NCBI RefSeq assembly: GCF_031769215.1
Contig: NW_026782019.1
Location: 1,674,001-1,738,000, forward strand
Source of the DNA: Ylistrum balloti
Taxonomy: Eukaryota
Direction: 5' to 3'
DNA length: 64,000 nt
The position numbers and the translations under genes are program-made. Below the pieces are notes generated by a model. That model ran no database searches, was not told the origin of the DNA, and saw only the letters and a program-made list of their open reading frames with translations. The stretch's first letter is position 1, and each line of letters begins with the position of its first letter. Of this stretch, positions 12,701 to 24,700 are shown piece by piece.

Positions 12701-15700
12701 TCAATATTACCTATCATTAGAAGTAAAACATTGTATATCAATATTACCTACCATTAATAGCTTGTATGGTTACTTCAAAATCAAAGCTATTCTAGCCCAG
12801 TAAGTCCCAAAAGAACAGAACTAAATGATTAAACACAAAAATATAAGTGTACCCAAAGTCAATATCATGTAACAAATATTCCATGACTTGTGTAACTACG
12901 ATGTGATCTTACAACGTGTTTACCTTGTTGGTTTGTCCATTTTCTGTAGTGATCTTTTCCAATACCTCTTTTTTGTTCAAAAAGACCGTACTGCAATACC
13001 AAAATGCAGAATATCAAATCAAACAGATTGTATTAGTGGTAAAATAGAATCTGTTAAATCTTTGTAAATTATAACATACAATCCAGGCTGTAATGAATAT
13101 AAAATATTTCCTAAAATCAGTTAAAATCTTAATTTTAAACAAACATGAATGTGGATAACATAAACGAAAGTAAGACAATTAACATGTTAACCTACCATTG
13201 GTCAAGCCATCCAGTAGCAGCCTGAAACAGCATGCTGTGTCCACTACCTTGACCAGCTCCAGCCAATGTGTGCATGACCATCATCAGTTCCGGGAATCCT
13301 GCAGTCTCTCTGTCTGATCCCGTCAGTAGCATTCCACCCAAGGGAATCAGGGAACAAAGAATGGACAAGGGCACCTTCTCACTCACAAGGCTAAAACACA
13401 GCACAAACCAGTATATCAGATCAGAGCTACATTTTACAACTTTATTAGCTAATGCTTTCAAACTGCTACAATACAATCCATACCAGGCATACAGTCTATG
13501 AAATGCCAGTTACATAGAACTATATAGATATAGGGACTTCTTAAATATCATAGTACAATTTATTTCACCAAATGGTCAAACATGTAATTCAAGTTTGATG
13601 ATCTGGAACAATATATAGTGTCCAATGAAATCTTATGTTAACATAGCCTTTTAATTAGTGAGATGAGAAAAAAAGTAATTATTCTTTGGTTCCACAAAAA
13701 CTGAATCAATTTTACACAGACTGAAATATCTATTCTATTAAACAAAATAATAATATTTGAGCAATAATGATAAGTTTATAATGTCAAAAAGTCTTTGTAC
13801 AGTTTTAGAGTAGTTTTACCTGTTTGGTTTCACAAGATACATAGTAATTGTCCGAAGTAGCATTCTGTTTTCTTTCAAGGTGTTCTCATCCTCCTGATCC
13901 TACATCAAACAAAAATCATGTTGAGTTATCAGGTAACACATAATGCTGTATTCACCTGTCAGATATCTCATAACACTAACACTCCTGGCTCTGATAAACC
14001 CATTCATGTAAACCATTGGCTTGGCTTGCAATGGTCAAAATAAAGTCTTATATAATGTAGAGGTAGGTAAAGGATAGGCTTGTCATAAGCATTATTCTGC
14101 ACATAATATTTATATATATAAGTTCAGGCAATATCTCCTAAAAAGAATTTGTTTACAACTTTTTCTCTTAGTTTTCAAAGTAACAAAATAATTGAAGGGT
14201 CCATGGTATCTATTAGCATTTCTGTAAAACAGTTAACAAGAAAGATAAAACTATGAAAATGACCAATGTTAGAAAAACTCTGGCCTAGGTTTATAGATTA
14301 TTAAGGGTCTTTTTACCTCTGATGGGAGTATCATCTTAGACAGGTTCATCTGTGCTAGACTTGACAGTGATCCACATCGTAAATCATAATATCTGTCACC
14401 ACTCTTGTCCGCTGTTGATCAGATGAAACCCAAAGTAACAAATACATTCACTAAACTTGGTACTTAATACCAGAATCTGCTGCAGAGTTAGATGTATACT
14501 TATAACACCTACATAACTATATAAAGATGTATGGAATAACTATAAGTACAAAGCAAATAATAATGATGTCGAAGAGATTTCTCTTCAAATTTTTTTTTAG
14601 TTGAAAAGAAAATAATTGAACAAAGAGTTAGCCTACTTGCTATTGACCAGTTTGCTCAGTCTTACCCAGCTGAAACATCTTGCTGAGAAGTCGCAATATC
14701 CTCGTGGAGTACTGAGATGTCAGATTTTCCTTGGAAGCAGATAACACCAGCTGGGTCAAATCTAAATTAAAACCATATTAAACTTAGAGCCTGGTACATA
14801 TTTATCAGTTTGGTCCTGATATAACCTAATATGGCTATATCTCATTATCAAGTAAGTTGTGATGTACCCAGTATAACCTGCTCACATGTCACTATCAGAT
14901 CGGTTGTGACATACTCAGTATATCTACTGATAAGTTCCCCCAACACTGATATTTCACTTGTCAGTTCCACAGTAATTTGCCCAGTATGTCAACTGTCAGT
15001 TCAGATTTGATATACTCATTATATCCACTTTTTAATTCAGTCTTAACATACATTGTATCTATACATAATATTAATTAATTACAAGTTAGTGTACGCTAAA
15101 AACATCCAATGGAATAGAAATAAAACCTCTCATTCATTGAAGGAGACTCGATGAGAAACCAGAATCTTTTTCAAACTAGAAAATGTCTATAAGAAATGAA
15201 TGCCCCCGCCCCCCCCCCCCCCCCCCATGTGAAATAATAGTGAAAGGTCCGAAAGAGATGATTTTGTTAATTTGTATGCAACTATGTACAACTTAAGTTT
15301 CATACTGAAATTGACAAGTTGATTTAACGTACATGAATTTGGAATTTTGTTCTCTGGAAAAAATGAGGGAGTATATCAGTTCCTTATGCCTTAAAACCCA
15401 CAAGTACCAAATTATGTAGGAATAAGATGATGTTCCTCTTTTTTGAGTTATCTCCCCCTGGTGGCCATCTTTTTTTAGAATGCCGAGAAATTCAACACTG
15501 CATGAGGTCTTTCCATACTTGATATTTGTATTAAGTTTCATGAAAATTGCTTTCCGAATGAAGTTGTTAGGTGGTATATACTGATTTGGGACGGGACGGG
15601 ACGGGACGGATGGATATGGGCAACGCTATATGCCCCCGGCCATAAATGGCGGGGGCATAAAAATATAGTAACTTTACAGCCTTTCATACCAATGCTTATT

Positions 15701-18700
15701 GCAAAATTTATTAAGAATTTTCTAATATTTGTAATATGTTCATCAGTGTATCAATACTAGAGTATTCCCCTGCAGACTCAGTGAAGAACTGCTAACATTT
15801 ACCTGCCGACTCTGTGTAAAACTTGTAGAATGCCTTGCGTTCTGGCTCCTTCTCCAGGTGATTCTCCATAAACTTCAGACAATCAAGGAAAACTTTTTCC
15901 TCTAGGCCAGTCTCTGGCTCTGACAGGTTCACACACAGGTCATGACAAACAGAAAATGCATGGTGGAATGTTTTCTCCACAAATTCATCTCCGTCGATAG
16001 GTCCAAGGAACCGTTCGAGGGATTGGGAAACCTAATAATTAGAAATATGACATAATTGGAGAAAATGGTACGACGATTATAAGATAATGACATCATCTGT
16101 CCTTCTAGAACAAACATACCATATCAACAGTTTTTAGATACTGAACAAGTAAGAAACATTATGACATTTCTATAGTTTTGGTAAATATAGTTTTTACTGA
16201 TAAAACATCAGGTGGTTTACGTTACAAGACCTAATCCATTTACGTTATCATTGCTGATGACAATAAATGATAACCGAGAGGTATATTATGGATAACAAGC
16301 ACAACCTAAACATTTAAATGACTGGAGTGTGATTATTTACCATATCAGCAAGGTAGGCTGTGGATGCATCAAGTGTGAAGGGAAACATGACTCGAATCAT
16401 TTCCTTACTGCTGGCTGTGTCCGGGCACCATCTGTATGTCACAGTTCATGTTAAATCAATAGTAAAGTATATCTTACAAACTTACATTTAAGTCTGATTT
16501 TGAATATCCTTAATCTTAAATCTGTAGACAACAAAACTGGTGTTATACAATTAAGGAGATAACTTTACAATCACTGACTACTCTAATAACAACAATATAT
16601 CTTTAGTCACATGATCACTTCCTTAAACTTGATTGTAGCTTCAGACATGTCTGTAAAACAAGAATGACTCCATTCCCATGCATGTGACCTTTGACCCTTT
16701 AACCTTAAATTATGATGACCTTAGTACAATAAGGTGTAAAACTTGACATTATGATACTATTGGATTAATTTTAATCAAAGCTGAGTATTTTAAGATATGA
16801 CATTGACTTGGAATGGAATACAACTGGATGGGACAGGACACAACAGGGCTGGACAACGGACATGTTGAGAATATTGTAGGACACAAAAAGGCTGGACGAA
16901 CAGATATGGGGAGAATATTGTATGCCTCCCTCCAATCAAATGATGTAAGCTTACAATTACAAAGTTTACTTACATGACTAGGTCAGAGGCGAATTTGACC
17001 AATGCCATGAGGACATGTTTCAGGGAAGCATTGATGCTGAATACTGGCTCCACTGTAACACAAGTTAGATAAATGTGTCACAATTAATGTACGTTTTTTC
17101 ACTTACATCACACATGCACTTACTTTCCTAACTTCAAGTATACATTTACTTGATTTTAAGTCATACAGATGTGTACATTGTACATTGTCAATTAGCAATG
17201 ACAAGGTCAAATTTTCCAATTTTTTTATTTTGATAATCAGATACCAAACTTTACCTTAAAATAACTGAGCAAAGATTTGTGAGAGATATTTCTCAGTAAT
17301 GGATATACCTAACCTATGGTTTATTGTACTTACTGGACAGTGTACCAGTGTGGGCTGTCAGAATGGCATCTATGTAGCTTTCTGCTGGTAAAATGTCATT
17401 GGAAAAGTCACTTTTCTGAAATACAAACAAACTTGACATACATAATTAATTCAGATAGCTATGGTATAGATATGAAAATTAGTTATGTTATGTTTAGTAA
17501 TTTAGAAACACTTGTAAGATTTAAGACCTCCCCTAAAGGACTCATTCTAAAAATATTTTCGTACTCACACAAGCTCCTCTACTAGAAATCTCAATGTAAG
17601 AATATTTATCCAGGGTTTTCTTGTCTGCTAGGCAATTCATTGCAAGAATATTTACCCAGTCTCTGTTGATCGATAACTAATTGTTAGAATGTTTACCCAG
17701 AATCCTCTCCTAGGCAACCCATTGTTAGAATGTTTACCTATGCTCCCTTTCTGGGCAACTCATTTAAGGTTATGTGAACCTTATATATAAAACTTTCAAA
17801 AATTAGACTTGATTATCAATCAAACATTTTCTAACCATGAAATATCTGAAGTTTTAAGCAAGGATACTCTTGTGGCATATTAATAACCACAATCCTCTTT
17901 CCAGGGAAATTGACCATTCTCATATACTTAAAAAACCTATTTTGAATTACGCTAGTTTGATGACAGTATTCCCCAGAGTGTACTGAAAGAACACTTTTCT
18001 GACTTGCTGGGAAACTCATTGTGAGTACTTAAGATACACTGTTTCACTTACCCAGGCCCCTGTGCTTGGAAATTCATTGTGAGTGCTGGAGGACCACTTA
18101 ACATCTATGGCTAGAGAGATGGGGCGAGGCAAGGTGCCCATGATCTCAGCGCCCAGGACAGAGACCTTGGAAGGAGAACTGGAGCCTAGACTCATTACAG
18201 TACCATACCCTTCAAGCTGGCGTGGTGTCAGCACCATCTCACTGTCCTCGTCCAGTTTCAGCTGGTGTAGGATGCATGATCTGAAATAAGTATATCATCA
18301 CATCAGACCACAGCTTAAATAGCAGTTTCAGGGTTATTATATTGTATCTATATATCATCATTCTGGTCTAGTTTTTGGTGTACAGAGTGTGAATATCGTT
18401 TGTAGATATTGAATGTTATTACTGACCTCACATAAACACTATAGGTCTCAAGCTGAAGCAGTGTGGCTGGGATCAGGTCTAGGGCAATCTCCATAGCTTT
18501 GCGGGGATCTATGTCTCCCTGATAATGAAATGCATATTATGAAAGTGATGACTATGTTTGATGGTAACATCCAAATTTACGACACAACTCAGAGTTAAAT
18601 TAGTATGTTATAAAAATCATATCACAATGTATAGTCTACAGTCATTTCTGCTGTCAAATCAGTGTTTATACTACAGAATACAAATATACAGCCAAAAAAA

Positions 18701-21700
18701 AAGTTGATGTAGATTTCATTAATATCAATGCATGGCAATACTTTTTATTATAATTATCAACATTGAACATTTCTTAAACTTTGAATGAATGCTGTAGAAT
18801 TGTAAAAGAAGATAATCTACATATTTAGGTCTGAGAGTTCCTCCATATGGGTCGTCTTTATTTACCATAGCCTTGGTGAATGTTTCCTCAAGGGACACCT
18901 GTGTCTTAGCAATGACTGCATCTAGTAACATGACAGAAGTCAAGCCAGGTAGATCTGTAGGTCCAATGATTTCCTTCTGGCTGATCAGCAACATGGCATT
19001 TACCTGTTGCAAGTAGAACGGCAAGATAATGATAATTTCATCAAGAATGGTAGAATGCAAACTGAAATCTTTTTAAAGTTAATTTTAAGATAAATTTTAC
19101 TACACTACACTGGATTTAACAGTGGCATTTTTATATCCTTGCCTGTTGAATTATATATAGCACCTCACCTGCGACAAGAAATTTTGTTTAATTCATACAA
19201 TGGCTTCTCCTAGTAAACAGTTCTTGTATCATATTTGTGTCCCACATCACTTTTGCTTATACAACATGTAAATGTAGTTGTTACATTTATCTCTGGATTT
19301 ACTTGAGCTTTGACAGCTTGTCTGGTACACAAACATATTATCCATTATATTAAGGTCTTCGTTCGTTAACTCTAGTTTAAGGTTGATGATGCATAAGTCA
19401 CTAATATCAGGTACAACTTCTGCATCAGCATGACAGAGAGAAGTGACTTACATTGAAGTTCATTGCAAGGCGGATATCATAGTTGACATTGTTGGCGACC
19501 TTGTTAGCACTAGTCAGCAGGGTCTCGGATTGCTGTGTGGTCAATCCCTGCTTCACCAGATAATCCTATCAAAGAAAAAGACTCCATGACAGAAAACATA
19601 CAATAAAATCAGTAACAATGAACTTCTACCGAATATAACAAGATAATACGTAATTCAAAAGTTCTAAATCAGTGATGAGCTGTCATCATAAAACAGGCTA
19701 TGTGTACATCATTGACACCCAAATTTGTATAAACTGCACAGTGCAAGTTACCTTCATCCAACCACTGAAGACCTTGTGTCCAAGTCTGGAAACCCATCGT
19801 AAGGTGTGTAAAATGTGTCCATTGGACATGTCCAGCTCGCCGCTCTCAAGCATACGGAGATAATGTATAGAAGGGGGCAGGCATGCCAATAGTCTCCAAC
19901 AAATATGGAAGTGATAGTGCAGAGCTGAAGCATCCTTTGTAAGAAAACAAATCATCCAGATTAACCAACCTATATATATATCATCCATTAGTCAAGTTAC
20001 AGCTGTAAACAATAAGAAGTTATACCTAATAAAAACACTGAGCAATTTGTAAAAAATTTTATTCAATTCATTAAATTGAGAGAAGACAGAAGACAATATC
20101 AAAGATAGGATTCAGCATCTAGTTTAAAATGATCTTAAGATGACGTGGAATATCTCAACTTCACAAAATATATACATTTATCTTCTGCTTTTCTGAAGCA
20201 GTACTGACCAGGATGGAGAGTTTGCCCCTGACTTTGTCACACTTGGAGCCCACCATCAGTAGAGAGATACAGGCATCATACAGCTGGTTATAGTTGACCA
20301 CATCAGCACTGGACAGCAGGAAACTGCATGCCTATTGACAAACCACACTACGTGATATCACTTATCTCACTTAGATCTTTTAAACAAAATAAGCTGCATA
20401 AAACATACGTACTGTCATATCACTTAACTTAATACTCTTAGGCTTTAAATACTGTAGTTTCATAGCTTTTAATACTTTAATAGTGTATAATGCTGAATTT
20501 GTTATACTGGTACACCTTTCTCTGAGTCAATACCTTGTTTTTACAAACTAGTAACAATATTCAAAATCCTTTATGCAAGTAAAAAGGACCATGTGATATG
20601 AAGGAGTACTTACCAGTCCATCTACCCTGGGGGTCTCCTGGGAATTGACAATGACTGGTCCAAGATTGTAAAATCGTGGTCTCTGTATGCCTGTGGATAG
20701 AAAGTTATTTTAGATTATGAGTATTTAAATAAATCAATGGGATCATGAAGTCTAGAGTCAAATTACAACGGAGAATAGATAATTCTATTACATATTCATA
20801 AGTAATAATTAAATCCAAATTATACAAACAAATCAAATTCTGATTTACAATTCAAAGGAAACCAGTTACATGTATGGGATACTTTCTATTATTAGTAAAT
20901 CTGTATATGTAACAGAGGTCTTTATTTATTTCAATGCCTTCGCTAGGATTTGAACCCGAGACATCTGGCTTACTAGCCTCACACTTAACGGATCAAGCTA
21001 AAGAGAAGTTCTCTCAAGCCGAGTGATGTTTTGTGAGTAGTATTTTACCCGGGTTACATATATATCTATTGCAGCTAAGTGATCATAAAGTACATCATTA
21101 AAAGTGTGGATCTAAATGCTTTATCTCTGCAGCATTCCAAAACTTACACAGTAATTCAGGTTTTAAACTTTGGTAGAATCATTCATGTTAAAATCGATAT
21201 TCTGCATTTCACCTAGGCTAGATAATGCAACATAGAGAATCTTATGATTATATTTCCAGCAGGAAAGTCAGCTAGAAAGTTTAAAATTTCATTATATCAA
21301 CATTTATCTGTGTTTTAAACAGTAAATGAAGGGAAACATACCATCAGAGATTTCCTGTGCTGTGAGGTTACGACGGTAGTTCTCCTCCACTTCCCTACAT
21401 GGGAAGAACTCTGTCTGTCTGCAGGTAAGACCATCTTCCTCTGAAGCAGCTGCCTGGGCATGGACTGCAAACAGGTTCCATCTCACCTGTCAAATAGTTA
21501 ACATTAACTTAACTTCAAACTTTATGCTGAAAATTCATCTAAATCTTATTCACATATGTTTCATTTGAATTCCATTCATTAGAAATGTATTTCTTTTGTT
21601 TATCAATTCCTTTTATCTCAGATACATGTTTTCATGTTGATATAGTTGTATATTATACCAACACATATCATACAGATGTATATCATACAGACATATAAAG

Positions 21701-24700
21701 TTTAGCCGTATATGGTATAGACACATATCATACAGATGTATATCATACAGACATATAAAGTTTAGCCGTATATGGCATAGACACATATCATACAGATGTA
21801 TATTATATAGACATATAAAGTTTAGCAATATATGGCAAAGACATATATCATACAGATGTATATCAATATAGATATATATCAGACAGACATAAATTACATA
21901 GATATATATATCATACAGATTATACAGACATCTATTATATAGACTTATTTTATACAGACATATACACAACATGTATAATATATATAATATATACAATGTA
22001 TATCATACAGATGTATATTATGAAATCTTCTGTTATCAATCAATATCTTGACCTTATTAATGACACATGTGACCTACCTGTTCCATGAGTTCAGCAGGTG
22101 GATCATAAAAGTAGTGTAACAGGTACTCAAACACTACTAACAGGCGAGTGAGAGGTAGAGGCACCATGGTCTCAAGCTTACTGTAAGTACAATATACAAC
22201 AGTTCATATCTACCATCATTTCTCTTCAATGATATACAACTGACAGTTTATAAACTAAATTCCTGCTTTCCATAATTACTTCAACTTTCTTGGATTTCTT
22301 GTAAAATGATTACAATTTTAATTCCAACTTTATAAGATGTAGTTAATAGGTCTACATTTACACAGCTTAGTGATACAATGAGAGTGTACACACCCATCAT
22401 CCATCTCATTTATGGCAATAAGATTCTGGGCCATCTGTAACAGGAGTGATTTTTTCTTCATCAATGGCAGGCTGTGAAACAGGAAGATTAGCACCTGCAG
22501 GTGTTCCACGTTAATGTCTGTAATCAAACAATCATAATTTAGCTGCAGTATATACATACTCTAAAGATAGATAACAAAAAATCCTATCCCTTGAACTGTG
22601 ATTTTCCTGTCTTACCATCAAAAAGGAAAAACAATAATTAATTTTCATTCTGGTGATAAAAAAGTTTCAAACTATCAATATTTATTGTATAAAAATACAA
22701 AAAAAAAGTCATACAGAAGACCTACCATCACAAGAGTCAACCTGGGGATCTAGATCAATGATGTTACTTTTCAGCGTCGTGATAAAGTTCATCCAGATAC
22801 TGATCACCGAAGCCTCACTTTGGCTTTTCATGAGCTTCGCCTCACGTTCGCGCTGCTGCTTGAGAAGGACAACTTCTGCGAGGATAGCCAAGGTACGGGA
22901 GTGAACGGTCATTGGCCAGGGTTCCACAGCATTAGGATTGACTCCTAACTGACTCAGCAGAATATCCTGCACAACAATGACATGATCATCATCTGCTGTG
23001 TGGTTTAACTTTATGTAACACTGTTATAACATATTTGTTGTGTAATACCACTTACAATTTCTGTTGTCTAAGAAAACTATGAATATTAAAATCACAAATA
23101 ATGATCAATAATACTGTAATCATATTTCAATTAGCACAATCAATTAATTAGCACAATCAATTAATTAGCACAATCAATTAAATTAGCACAATCAATTAAT
23201 TAGCACAATCAATTAATTAGCACAATCAATTAAATTAGCACAATCAATTAATTAGCACAATCAATTAAATTAGCACAATCAATTAATTAGCACAATCAAT
23301 TAAATTAGCACAATCAATTAATTAGCACAATCAATTAAATTAGCACAATCAATTAATTAGCACAATCAATTAATTAGCACAATCGAATTTTAGTGTAACA
23401 GTAATAGCTATATAAAAACATGCAGAAACTACAATTCACACAATCAGGATTCAACACAATGCTTTCAGTGTGATAACCACTAAAATAAGATTACTACTAA
23501 TATATGTACATTTATAGTAATTAAAGTCTTCCATAAAATCATATATTTCTCTAATTGAAGCCTGGATAAAAATTAAACCAATTCATAAAACAAAAGGTAC
23601 ACTTGAAAGAAAACACACTGATATACACTACACAATGAGTATCAGTATACATTCATTATATTTAAACTCCACCTAATGTTGAAAGACACTCCTTCAGGTT
23701 CTATACTTACCTCAAGTGTTTCAGTCAAACATCCTTTGGAGATGAGATTGTGGTTAAACTTGGCCAAAGCTATTGACAATCCATCAAACACCTTGTCTAA
23801 AACACAAAAATCATTTCAGTACATCAACTATTATTCTGGATACAGAAACTTCAGTCACAGACTACTCTCTGTTACCCACAATCCCATTCATTCCTCAGTA
23901 CTATGAAAATGCAAAATAAAATTTCGATACCCTATGACACAGTATAAAACTATAACATATGATGATGCTAAATGTGAAATTTCATGAAAGACTAGGGACA
24001 TCTCATCAAACTTTTCTATATACAACAAGTTCTAAAAGTAAGAGAGATTGACTAATGTCCCCAAAACTACCTATCCAATCGATGAAGAATTTAACAAGAT
24101 ATTAGATACTGACTGTTGCAACCAAACTGAGAGAAATATGGTCCTCTTAAATTCTCTCAATAAGATTAAAGATTTGTCTTTTTGTATCACAAAATATGAA
24201 TGAAATGAACCTGCTAATTAATCAAAGTACATATACCAAAAATAATTATAATAGCTAACTATGATATTATTGTTATTTATCAAACTTGAAATACAGAGTG
24301 TGATATGGTTGTTATTCACTAAACTTGAAATACAGAGTGTGATATGGTTGTTATTCACTAAACTTGAAATATAGAGTGTTTAATCAGCAACTTTGCCTAA
24401 CAATCAGAATAACAAGTCATGATTCACACAAATTGACTTACCAGATGCATATTTGATACATTCTTTGTCAAGTTCACGTATAAGTGTGGCCAGATTTCCC
24501 ATGTGATCTTCATTCAGTGAAGATCTACAACACAAAGGTATTATACACTTCAAACTCATCACACCATTACAGAGATTGGCCACTAAACATTAAACTAAAA
24601 CGTGGAATTGAACCAGATTTTAAAGAAATAGGACCCATTCCTAATCGAAAGTCAATCCTATCTTCACATTATCAAGTCTTCTTATGGTTCGTTCTGATCT

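Noticed and set aside
19270-19325. Possible extra small UBR4 exon between 19452 and 19003
   Set aside because: The flanking exons already join in phase 0 with about the expected length, and the candidate has weak sites and no recognisable similarity.
21613-21996. 127-aa Cys/Tyr/Ile-rich ORF
   Set aside because: Low-complexity AT repeat translation inside a UBR4 intron.
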